From the IMG/VR virus record IMGVR_UViG_3300025121_000035, positions 20,044-84,043 of that record: a stretch of 64,000 bases of DNA; one strand, 5' to 3'. This DNA comes from a virus. Under the pieces are notes generated by a model. The model was given only the letters and a program-made list of their open reading frames with translations. It had not been told where the DNA came from and made no database searches. The stretch's first letter is position 1. The number at the start of each line of letters is the position of its first letter. Positions 29,713 through 38,731 of this stretch are shown here, piece after piece. The position numbers and the translations under genes are program-made.

Positions 29713-31500
29713 ATGAATAAAAAATCGATATTAAATTTATTTAATGAGAAGCAACGAAGAAAATTTTATATAGAAAAACATCAACCTGATTTATATTCTG
29801 AATTATTATTTTATAATTTAAAGTTGGGTATAAATAATTTTACTCAATTATGTTATCATTTTGATAATAATATTAGTAATATTCCTTTATGTAAAATATG
29901 TCAAAAAAAAGAATTAAAATTTAAAGGATTTAATCAAGGATATACTAAATATTGTTCTACTAAATGTGCTATGAATGATGAAGAATTAATTAATAATAGA
30001 AATAAAATAACAATAAAAACTAATTTAGAAAAATATGGTGTAGATAATCCTATGAAATTAAATGAAATTAAAGATAAAGTTAAAAAAACTAATTTAGAAA
30101 AATATGGTGTAGATAATCCTATGAAGTTAAATGAAATTAAAAATAAAGTTAAAAAAACTAATTTAGAAAAATACGATACTGAATATTATTTTCAAACCGA
30201 TGAATTTAAAACTAAAGTTAAATTGTATAGTATTAACAAATATGGTATTAATCATTATAATCAACATAATGATATAATAAACAAAAAAAATAAAACTAAT
30301 TTAGAAAAATATGGTGTAGATAATCCTATGAAATTAGATAAAATTAAAGATAAAATTAAAAAAACTAATTTACAAAAATATGGTTATGATCATCATATGA
30401 AATATAAAAAATCATTAGGCTTATTAGAATATTTTTTTGACAAACAAACATATAATTATTATAATAAACATATCAATAAACAAAAATATCATTTATTATC
30501 AATTAAAAATAAAAAATTAAAAATTAAACATAATAGTTGTAATAAAGTATTTTTTATAGATAAACAATTATTTTATTTAAGAGATAAGATAAAATGTGAA
30601 ATATGTACAGAATGTAATCCAACTATTGGAAAAAATATTTCGTATATGGAAAAAGATTTATTAAAATTTATAGAAGAAAATTATAACAGTAATATTTTAA
30701 AAAATATTAAAAAAATTATAAAACCATACGAATTAGATATTTATTTACCTGATTTAAAATTAGCATTCGAATTTAATGGATTATATTGGCATAATGAAAT
30801 TAATAAATCAAACGATTACCATATAAATAAAACTAATTTATGTGAAGAAAATGGAATTCAACTTATACATATTTATGAAGATGATTGGATTTATAAACAA
30901 GATATAGTTAAATCAATGATATTAAATAAATTAAATATTACATTAAATAAAATTTATGCAAGAAAAACTGAAGTAAAAGAAATAACAGATAATAAATTAG
31001 TTAGAAAATTTCTGAATGAAAATCATATTCAAGGTTTTGTTGGTTCAAAAGTTAAAATAGGTTTATTTTATAAAAATGAATTAATTAGTTTAATGACTTT
31101 TGGTAAAATAAGAAAACCACTAGGTCAAACATCAAATGAAAATGATTGGGAAATGTTAAGGTTTTGTAATAAGCTAAATACAAATGTTATAGGCGGTGCA
31201 AGTAAACTGTTTAAATATTTTATTAAAAATTATAAATATAATAGTATAATAACATATGCAGATAGGAGTTATTCAACTGGTAAATTATATGAAATATTAG
31301 GATTTATATATTCACATACATCTAAACCAAATTATAATTATATTATAGATAAAGTTAAATATCATAGATTTGGATTTAGAAAAGATATTTTAGTTAAAGA
31401 AGGATACGATGCTAATAAAACAGAACATGAAATTATGTTAGAAAGAGGAATTTATAGAATTTATAATTCTGGTAATTTAAAATATACATATGAAAATTAA
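29713..31500 (+). CDS. Hef-like putative homing endonuclease with KTNLEKYG repeats
   Basis: Repeats KKTNLEKYGVDNPMK; ELDIY...AFEFNGLYWH; IYAR...NH.QG...RFC...GGASKL...YAD. Confidence 0.8.
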   Translation: MNKKSILNLFNEKQRRKFYIEKHQPDLYSELLFYNLKLGINNFTQLCYHFDNNISNIPLCKICQKKELKFKGFNQGYTKYCSTKCAMNDEELINNRNKITIKTNLEKYGVDNPMKLNEIKDKVKKTNLEKYGVDNPMKLNEIKNKVKKTNLEKYDTEYYFQTDEFKTKVKLYSINKYGINHYNQHNDIINKKNKTNLEKYGVDNPMKLDKIKDKIKKTNLQKYGYDHHMKYKKSLGLLEYFFDKQTYNYYNKHINKQKYHLLSIKNKKLKIKHNSCNKVFFIDKQLFYLRDKIKCEICTECNPTIGKNISYMEKDLLKFIEENYNSNILKNIKKIIKPYELDIYLPDLKLAFEFNGLYWHNEINKSNDYHINKTNLCEENGIQLIHIYEDDWIYKQDIVKSMILNKLNITLNKIYARKTEVKEITDNKLVRKFLNENHIQGFVGSKVKIGLFYKNELISLMTFGKIRKPLGQTSNENDWEMLRFCNKLNTNVIGGASKLFKYFIKNYKYNSIITYADRSYSTGKLYEILGFIYSHTSKPNYNYIIDKVKYHRFGFRKDILVKEGYDANKTEHEIMLERGIYRIYNSGNLKYTYEN

Positions 31501-31527
31501 AGGTGATAACTTCAAGTTATCACCTTT
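31499..31527. terminator. Bidirectional terminator between convergent genes
   Basis: AAAGGTGATAACTT-c-AAGTTATCACCTTT inverted repeat. Confidence 0.75.
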
Positions 31528-31531
31528 AATT

Positions 31532-31969
31532 TTATTTTATATCAATTTTTTTAATTGGTTTATTTTCTTCCATTTTTTCATACTTATTTAAAGTAAGTAT
31601 TAATATACCATTTTTCATTTCGGCATCAATCTTATCTTTATCTACATTTTCTGGAATATAAAAACTCTTTTCAAATGATGATTTATAAAATTCTTTTCTG
31701 ATATAATTTTCATCATTTTGTTCATTTGTTTTTTCAACATCACTTTTAATTGTGATTCGGTCATCGTTAATTTCAATATCAATATCTTTTTTATCAAAAC
31801 CTGGTAAAGATAATGATATTTCATAGTTTTTTTCATTTTCTTTAGTATTAGATAATACTGAACCAAAGAAATTGTTTTCAAACAACTTAAATGGATTTCC
31901 ACCAAAAAATTCATTTGCGAAGCTATCCATAGTTGGTAATACTGAATTTTTTAATCTTAATAGTGTCAT
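31532..31969 (-). CDS. Hsp20/alpha-crystallin small heat shock protein
   Basis: LPGFDKKDIDI, YIRKEF...SFEKSFYIPENVD...A.MKNGIL. Confidence 0.92.
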   Translation of the reverse strand: MTLLRLKNSVLPTMDSFANEFFGGNPFKLFENNFFGSVLSNTKENEKNYEISLSLPGFDKKDIDIEINDDRITIKSDVEKTNEQNDENYIRKEFYKSSFEKSFYIPENVDKDKIDAEMKNGILILTLNKYEKMEENKPIKKIDIK

Positions 31970-32013
31970 AATTATAAAATTTATTTTTTAATTGTTAATT
32001 TATTAATACATTT

Positions 32014-32054
32014 ATCAATTTGTATGCCACTACATATTTTATGACAAAATGACA
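32014..32054 (-). promoter_or_regulatory. Sigma54-like promoter with TGTCA-N3-TGTCA, before hsp20
   Basis: Minus strand reads TGTCATTTTGTCA-N12-TGGCATACAAATTGAT. Confidence 0.6.
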
Positions 32055-32123
32055 CAAAAATCTGTTTCATTTGACAATTTATGTAAAAATTTCATTTAGT
32101 ATATTATGAAATATTATTAGATA

Positions 32124-33465
32124 ATGAACTACAACTAAACTAAAGATTTAGTTGTTTCTTGGGCTGAACCTGTAACCAGTTTCATATCTCCACAAGCGTA
32201 TATTTCTGCTGTTCCAGCAGTATTATTTTTTACAAAACTAAACTTTTTAATATTTGTTGCTGCATTTTGATCCCTATTGTGTTTTGTATTACAATTAGGA
32301 CAAATCCATTCCCTATCAGATAATTTCAAATTTGATTTAATATACCCACAACAAGAACACATTTTAGAAGAAGGTTCAAATTGACCAATTCTAATGATAT
32401 TACAACCATACCATTCACTTTTGTAATCCAAATACAAATTGAAATTACTAATTGATATATCAGATAATGATTGTGATAATTTATGGTTTTTAATCATATT
32501 AGATGGTTTTAATGTTTCTAAACATATTGTATCATATGTGGTTACTAATTCTTTTGATACTTTATGTAAAAAATCATTCCTTTTATTTGAAACTTTTTCA
32601 TGAATAATAGATAATTTTTTTACATATTTTTTTCTATTATTTGATCCTTTTACTTTTTTTGAAACTTTCCTTTGAATCCTTTTTAATTTTTTTAATGACT
32701 TTTTAAGATTCTTTGGATTTTCAATTTCAGTTCCATTTGATAATACAGCAAATGTTTTAATTCCCAAATCAATTCCAACTGCTTTATCTTCACTAATTGG
32801 TTTCTTTTTTGGTAATTCACTTGGTATTTCTACTAAAATAGAAATGAAATACTTACCTGTTGATGTTCTTGTTATTGTTGATTTTTTAGTTATTCCTTCA
32901 AATATTCTATCAATTTTAATTTTAATTGATGATTTGAACTTCGGTATATCTAATTTTTCATTTTCAAAATCCACATAAGTATTTTGTGGTATTCCAAATG
33001 ATTGTTTATTATCTTTTTTTGATTTGAACTTTGGAAATCCACCTTGCTTTTTGAAAAACTTTGTATATGCGTTATCAAGATTTTCTAAACTATATTGTAA
33101 AGATTGGCTATTTACTTCTTTTAACCAAGATGTTTCTTCTTGTTTTTTAAGAATTGGTAAATCTTTTTGTATATCAAATCTTGATAATCCTACACCAGTT
33201 TCTTGATATGTTTTGTTTTTTTTGTTCAACGCATAATTGTATATCCATCTTGCACAACCAAAATGTTGATGTATCAATTCTTTTTGAATTGAATTAGGAT
33301 ATATCCTATATTTGTAAGTTTTCAAAATCATATCTATTATACTATATATTTTAGAATTAGTTTCATTTTTTTCTAAAATTATTTTCAACTTTAGAATAAT
33401 TATATATAATTATTATTACAATTCATCTACCTAAACTGAAGATTTAGGGGATTTCTTGTAAAAGA
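32124..33465 (-). mobile_element. IS200/IS605 family (IS1341-type, tnpB only) element
   Basis: Left-end hairpin CCTAAATCTTCAGTTTAGG downstream of TTAT; right-end hairpin CAACTAAATCTTTAGTTTAGTTG followed by TAGTTCAT; tnpB lies between them. Confidence 0.82.
32135..33331 (-). CDS. tnpB: RNA-guided endonuclease TnpB
   Basis: YKYRIYP HTH, GIDLGI (RuvC I), ICLETL (RuvC II), SSKMCSCCG...CPNC Zn finger, RDQNAATNI (RuvC III). ATG 33331 is the likely start. Confidence 0.93.
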   Translation of the reverse strand: MILKTYKYRIYPNSIQKELIHQHFGCARWIYNYALNKKNKTYQETGVGLSRFDIQKDLPILKKQEETSWLKEVNSQSLQYSLENLDNAYTKFFKKQGGFPKFKSKKDNKQSFGIPQNTYVDFENEKLDIPKFKSSIKIKIDRIFEGITKKSTITRTSTGKYFISILVEIPSELPKKKPISEDKAVGIDLGIKTFAVLSNGTEIENPKNLKKSLKKLKRIQRKVSKKVKGSNNRKKYVKKLSIIHEKVSNKRNDFLHKVSKELVTTYDTICLETLKPSNMIKNHKLSQSLSDISISNFNLYLDYKSEWYGCNIIRIGQFEPSSKMCSCCGYIKSNLKLSDREWICPNCNTKHNRDQNAATNIKKFSFVKNNTAGTAEIYACGDMKLVTGSAQETTKSLV

Positions 33466-33508
33466 ATAATTAAATTTTAATATATAGAAAAAAATATATA
33501 TATTATAT

Positions 33509-34390
33509 ATGATTTCTAAATATAATGATTTTCAATTATTGAATGAAGCAATACTAAATGAAGAATTTGATTTTAATCAAATTAAAAATTCTATAAAAAA
33601 TGTTGCCGATAAAAATAAAGTATTAAACTATTTAATCAATAAATTTAACAAAGCCAAAAATCAACCTTTTAAAAAACATATAGCTACATTATTAATTGCG
33701 GTTTTCTTAATAAATTTCGGATTAAAATCAAATAAGTGGGCAAATAGATTATCTGATGAAAAAATTCAAGAATTAACTACTAAAATAGCTGCACAAGAAA
33801 TTTTATCACAAGAAAATATGGTTCAATTTTTTAATACTAATCTATATACAAATGAAATAGATAATGTAGATGAATCAGAACCTCGTAAATCTATATTTGA
33901 TAATCAGGTATTTGTAGATGCGACAAATTTACATACATCAGAAAAAGCAATAAAACTTATTAAAAAACACGAAAAGTTAAGATTAAAAGCTTATAATATA
34001 GGGGATAACAGAATTACAATTGGATATGGTCATGCTGAACCAATTCAAACATCAAGATATAAAATAGGTGATAGAATAACTAGGGAACAAGCAGAAAAAT
34101 TATTTAAAAAGGATTTAGAAATTGCAGAAAAAGGAATTAAAAGAATGTTTGTTCGTTGGAAAAGTGCCGGAATTAAGATAGAATTAACACAAAGTATGTT
34201 TGATGCTATGGTATCTATGACATTTAATATGGGAGTTTATGGAATGGCTACAACTAATTTTATTCAATACATTAAACAAGGTGATTTTGAAGCAGCAGCC
34301 GATTCCATAAAAACAACAAAAATAAACGATAAGTTTCCTGGTTTAGAAAATAGACGAGAAGATGAATATGAATTGTTTATAGGTACTTAA
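33509..34390 (+). CDS. GH24 lysozyme with long N-terminal extension
   Basis: IKKHEKLRLKAY...TIGYGH, FDAMVSMTFNMG, GLENRR..E. The N-terminus has a leader-like ISKYNDF..LNE and a hydrophobic helix. Confidence 0.85.
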   Translation: MISKYNDFQLLNEAILNEEFDFNQIKNSIKNVADKNKVLNYLINKFNKAKNQPFKKHIATLLIAVFLINFGLKSNKWANRLSDEKIQELTTKIAAQEILSQENMVQFFNTNLYTNEIDNVDESEPRKSIFDNQVFVDATNLHTSEKAIKLIKKHEKLRLKAYNIGDNRITIGYGHAEPIQTSRYKIGDRITREQAEKLFKKDLEIAEKGIKRMFVRWKSAGIKIELTQSMFDAMVSMTFNMGVYGMATTNFIQYIKQGDFEAAADSIKTTKINDKFPGLENRREDEYELFIGT

Positions 34391-34400
34391 ACTAATAACT

Positions 34401-34610
34401 TTAATAATCCGTTCCACTATTTGCGGTAACAGTCATTTTCTTTTTACAGTAGGGGCATTTAGGCACTTTTGCTTTTGGATTTAATTCTTTTGAAAGCATT
34501 ATATCACTTACTACTGTCCATTGTCTTTTACCTGTTCTACCTTGCTTTTCCCATTCTTTTTGGTTACATTCATCATTATAACAATAACAATTCCATCCTA
34601 ATTCTTTCAT
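34401..34610 (-). CDS. Small Zn-ribbon protein
   Basis: C....C and CPYC motifs. Confidence 0.55.
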   Translation of the reverse strand: MKELGWNCYCYNDECNQKEWEKQGRTGKRQWTVVSDIMLSKELNPKAKVPKCPYCKKKMTVTANSGTDY

Positions 34611-34644
34611 TTTTCAATAAATTTTAATACGTTAGTAATAATAA

Positions 34645-34878
34645 TTAATCTTCTTCGAAAGATAGTGGTGAATCATATTTTGCTTTTATATAAAATGTTT
34701 TACCACTTTGAGTCTTTACTACTAATCTATAATCAGTATAATCATCCATATCAAAATCTGATATATACATATCAACAACTTTATCTTTTGTAGAATTACT
34801 CTCATTAATATCAGATATATTCAAGTTTTCGTGATGTTCATTGAACTTTTGTATGTGTTTATTATCTATCATCTTCAT
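34645..34878 (-). CDS. Small protein with HIQKFNEH leader variant
   Basis: KHIQKFNEHHENLNISD is shared with the 34913 ORF. Confidence 0.6.
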   Translation of the reverse strand: MKMIDNKHIQKFNEHHENLNISDINESNSTKDKVVDMYISDFDMDDYTDYRLVVKTQSGKTFYIKAKYDSPLSFEED

Positions 34879-34912
34879 ATTTTATTTTTAGTGTATATTT
34901 AAAATAAAAAAA

Positions 34913-35311
34913 TTATCTTATTCTATTATGTAAATTTTCTACCCCATCTAATGATGTTAAATTTGGCAAATCTTCTGACGAACCTTTTATATTAGATGGC
35001 AAACCTTTCAATGATGTCAGTTTTACATCTTCTAACGAACCTTTTATATTAGATGGTACACCTTTCAATGATGTCAGTTTTACATCTTCTAACGAACCTT
35101 TTATATTAGATGGTACACCTTTCAATGATGTCAATTTTACATTTTTCAACTCACTATCATCTAACATTAGAAAATTTACCAAATCGTATATTTCCTTATT
35201 AGACCATCCTAAATCTTTTAATGTATTAATTTTTTCACTACTTATGACATCAGATATATATATATTTTCTTGATGCTCGTTGAACTTTTGTATATGTATT
35301 TTATCTTTCAT
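34913..35311 (-). CDS. Protein with HIQKFNEH leader and three 20-aa LRR-like repeats
   Basis: Near-perfect 60-nt tandem repeats encoding VKLTSLKG(V/L)PSNIKGS(L/S)ED. Confidence 0.7.
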   Translation of the reverse strand: MKDKIHIQKFNEHQENIYISDVISSEKINTLKDLGWSNKEIYDLVNFLMLDDSELKNVKLTSLKGVPSNIKGSLEDVKLTSLKGVPSNIKGSLEDVKLTSLKGLPSNIKGSSEDLPNLTSLDGVENLHNRIR

Positions 35312-35372
35312 TATATTAAATTGTTTTTTAGTATATATTAAAAATAAAACCTAAATATATTTAATTAAAAAA

Positions 35373-35678
35373 TTATTTTGATATTTCTAATTTAAAATCA
35401 TTAGGAAACTCAAGTTTATTTAATTTATTTTTTGACACAGGAAATGACACATTTCTTGATACACCAAACTTATTTCTTGTCTGATATATTTTACCATTTA
35501 ATAAATATTCATTATCTATTCTTGTGTGATGTTGAAAACCTAAATCATAGTTTTCTTCAAATGGAAGTTTTTGTTTAAGAATCTCAATATCGTTTAAAAA
35601 ATAAATTAAATAAGACCTACTCTTATTATCTTTACCTCTTTTATTTAACTGATATTTATATGTTAATTTATATTCCAT
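35373..35678 (-). CDS. Hypothetical protein
   Basis: ORF track. Confidence 0.55.
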   Translation of the reverse strand: MEYKLTYKYQLNKRGKDNKSRSYLIYFLNDIEILKQKLPFEENYDLGFQHHTRIDNEYLLNGKIYQTRNKFGVSRNVSFPVSKNKLNKLEFPNDFKLEISK

Positions 35679-35780
35679 GATTTTATTTTTAATTGATTTA
35701 TCTAATTTTTATTATCATATTTTCAACCGTTATACACTATCACTATATTATAGTTACAATTTAGCATTTGTGTTTAAAAA

Positions 35781-36386
35781 TTAAAATTTAATCAACCCAC
35801 TTAAAAAAGAAATAGGTAGTTCTGTATAATTAATTATTCCACTATCAGAATGTTCTTCAACTATTTTGTTTTGTTTTTTTAATCTACAATCATCTAACCA
35901 ATTAATAACAGATTGAATTACTTCTTCTTTTGTATCTATTGTTTCGAATTTACCAATTGAACAATCAGAACAATCCATATCAAACCAAAAGAACATATAT
36001 TTTCCAATTTCGTCATTTTCAGTTTCTATTTCAGAAAGAATAACTATATCATCACCAAAACAATCTAAACTAGTATGATACATTTTAATTTCACCAGATA
36101 TTATTTTATCTTTTAATTCTTTCTTTGTACCGTCAAATTTTAACCATTCTCTTTCATCTTTGTTTTGGTAACTGATATTTCTATCACCAATATTTTTATT
36201 ATCTGGTGTATATCTATCAAGTAAAAAACAACAGATAGGTTTCACATAATTAATGAATCCATTTAAAAATGTTGATGATACGTAAGTCCAAACAGTTCCA
36301 TAAGGTATTGGATTGCGTGCTATTTCTTTCGGATATTCCGAATAATCTTCAAAATAGTCCCAAATTTTTTTCTTTTCTTCTATCAT
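35781..36386 (-). CDS. Hypothetical protein
   Basis: ORF track. Confidence 0.6.
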   Translation of the reverse strand: MIEEKKKIWDYFEDYSEYPKEIARNPIPYGTVWTYVSSTFLNGFINYVKPICCFLLDRYTPDNKNIGDRNISYQNKDEREWLKFDGTKKELKDKIISGEIKMYHTSLDCFGDDIVILSEIETENDEIGKYMFFWFDMDCSDCSIGKFETIDTKEEVIQSVINWLDDCRLKKQNKIVEEHSDSGIINYTELPISFLSGLIKF

Positions 36387-36646
36387 TTTAATTTTTTATT
36401 TGTGTTTCAATTTAAGTTTCATAGTAATATCAAAATTTTTAGTTAGCAAACATAAAACTACCGTAACCATAAAATGTTGTAGTAACATATTTGATTATCT
36501 GTCAAATTGCTTACCCATTCTTCAAAATATTTTTGATATTTAGGTAAATTGTTATTCTTCCATTCGTCTTGTAAATATTCATATAATTTATCATTCATGA
36601 AATTACGTTTATTAATTTTAATTTCTGTATGTTATTTTACAACATA

Positions 36647-37420
36647 TTAAAAAACCAATAGATTATTTTTAATAACTTCTTTTGCCAAGTTTAAATAACT
36701 TACAGCACCTTTTGATGCTGCATCAGAAACAATTACTGGTTTTCCAAGACTAGGTGCTTCACAAATTTTATTATTACGCTGTATAACACTTTTGAAAACC
36801 ATATCATGAAAGTGTTTACGAACATCATTAGCAACTTGGTTAGATAAATCTAATCGTGGTTCATACATTGTAAGTAAAAATCCCTCAATATCAAGTTCTG
36901 GATTTAAACGATTTTGTACAAGTTTTATGGTATTTAATAATTTACCTAAACTTTCTAATGCAAAAAATTCACATTGTACAGGAATAATAACTGAATCTGC
37001 GGCAGTGAGTGCATTTATTGTAAGCAAATCTAAATTTGGAGAACAATCAATAAAGATAAAATCATAATTATCTTTAACTTTATTAATTAATATTTTTAAT
37101 ATTTCTTCCCGATTTGGCTTATCAAGAAATTCTATATTAGCAGTAGATAAACTTATATTTGAAGGTATGATATCCATTCCATCAATTTCAGTTTTTAAAA
37201 TAATTTCTTTTGGATTAATATCTTCAATAATACTATCATAAATACTTATTTTGATTTCTTTAACATCAAATCCTATACCTGATGTAGAATTTGCTTGTGG
37301 ATCAGCGTCTATTAATAATACTTTTTTATCTAAAACAGCTAAACTAGCTGCTAAATTTATTGCGGTTGTAGTTTTTCCTACACCTCCTTTTTGGCTTGAT
37401 ATTGCTATAACTTTTCCCAT
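36647..37420 (-). CDS. parA: ParA/Soj family ATPase
   Basis: QKGGVGKTTT, IDADPQANST, FIDCSP, IPVQCEF.ALE and EAPS.GKP; resembles chromosomal Soj. Confidence 0.93.
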   Translation of the reverse strand: MGKVIAISSQKGGVGKTTTAINLAASLAVLDKKVLLIDADPQANSTSGIGFDVKEIKISIYDSIIEDINPKEIILKTEIDGMDIIPSNISLSTANIEFLDKPNREEILKILINKVKDNYDFIFIDCSPNLDLLTINALTAADSVIIPVQCEFFALESLGKLLNTIKLVQNRLNPELDIEGFLLTMYEPRLDLSNQVANDVRKHFHDMVFKSVIQRNNKICEAPSLGKPVIVSDAASKGAVSYLNLAKEVIKNNLLVF

Positions 37421-37580
37421 TTTAATCTAATACTTTTACTTGTGAATTAAAAACTGTCATACATTGATAATCATTAATATATAAATCTGTCATTGTCGGT
37501 GGATTATCCAACGCTTTTCCTTTATAAATATAACCACATTTAGGGTGATTTTTGTCAATTATAATATATTCTTTCATAAA

Positions 37581-37781
37581 TTATTTTCGTTTAAAATGTT
37601 CAGTATCTTCTATATTAATTATTCCATTATTGTTATATTCTGTATAATATCCATATCCATAATAAAAAGATATAACTGGATTACCGTTACTATCACAATG
37701 AACTCTAATTTTTTTACCTACATATTGATAATACCAACTACTTGATATCTCACAACCAGATATTTTTACAACTGCGTACAT
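37581..37781 (-). CDS. Hypothetical protein
   Basis: ORF track; co-oriented with its neighbours. Confidence 0.45.
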   Translation of the reverse strand: MYAVVKISGCEISSSWYYQYVGKKIRVHCDSNGNPVISFYYGYGYYTEYNNNGIINIEDTEHFKRK

Positions 37782-37787
37782 AATATG

Positions 37788-37994
37788 TTATATCCAATAT
37801 ATTAATTGTATTAATAATAAAAAAAATATATGTTCTACCAATCCCCATTTATATAACGACATCGTTTTAATAGATTTTATTTCTTCTTGCACATCTTCTA
37901 ATTTATATTTTATTAATACAATTATAGTAGCTATTAACTTATAAATAAAGTACAAAGATAATAAAATAAATGCAATTAATTGTATAATTTTCAT
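37788..37994 (-). CDS. Small membrane protein
   Basis: Two hydrophobic segments. Confidence 0.5.
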   Translation of the reverse strand: MKIIQLIAFILLSLYFIYKLIATIIVLIKYKLEDVQEEIKSIKTMSLYKWGLVEHIFFLLLIQLIYWI

Positions 37995-38425
37995 ATTTTT
38001 ATTTTTTTAACTATTTCTATTAATTTTTTTAAACACATTAAATTTGCTTTTTCTTCAGTATCATAATCACCCACATATTCATATTCTATGATAGAATCTA
38101 AAATATATACAGTATTCCATTTATTCCATATATCAGGTCTGATATAAAATTTCATGTTATATTTATCTTTAAACCATTGTAATGCCTGTTGGTATGTAGG
38201 AGCAGAAGTTGCCCATTGTGGAAGATTCGAATTTCTATTATCTATTTTATATAATTTTGGTCGTTTTTGTTGTTCGGATGTTAATGTAGTATTATTATAA
38301 TTAATTACCAAAATTTCTTTTTCGTGAAAAGAATTAGGATTTTCAAAATATCCAAAGCATTGTTCATTAAACCCTAATTTTTTTAAATCTAATGCTTGTT
38401 CGTATGGTATAAATTGATTTTCCAT
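37991..38425 (-). CDS. Phage hypothetical protein (FIPYEQAL.LK.LGF.E.C...APTYQQA..WF)
   Basis: Recognisable motif of small Bacteroidota-phage proteins; start is probably ATG 38425. Confidence 0.6.
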   Translation of the reverse strand: MENQFIPYEQALDLKKLGFNEQCFGYFENPNSFHEKEILVINYNNTTLTSEQQKRPKLYKIDNRNSNLPQWATSAPTYQQALQWFKDKYNMKFYIRPDIWNKWNTVYILDSIIEYEYVGDYDTEEKANLMCLKKLIEIVKKIKI

Positions 38426-38731
38426 TATTTTATTACTTCGTCTGCCCATAATATTTCTGTATAATAACTAACACAATAATCACTATCCTTTTGTTTATAA
38501 TGGTTTTTTATTTTTTCTTTTACTTCATCTTTATCTATAGCTTCAACAATATGCATTTTTTCATATGATTTTTTACCATCTGGATAATATGATTTTTATA
38601 TTAAAACATTTACTAAATATAACATAATTACCTATAATTTATATAAAATTTCAACTACAAAGGTAAGCAACATTTTTGTAATATACAAATATTTAAATTT
38701 TTTTTTAATATGTCATCAAATTCTATTTCAT

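Noticed and set aside
34960-35145. CRISPR array or DGR template/variable repeat
   Set aside because: These are contiguous 60-nt coding tandem repeats with no spacers, no adenine-specific differences and no reverse transcriptase in the window.
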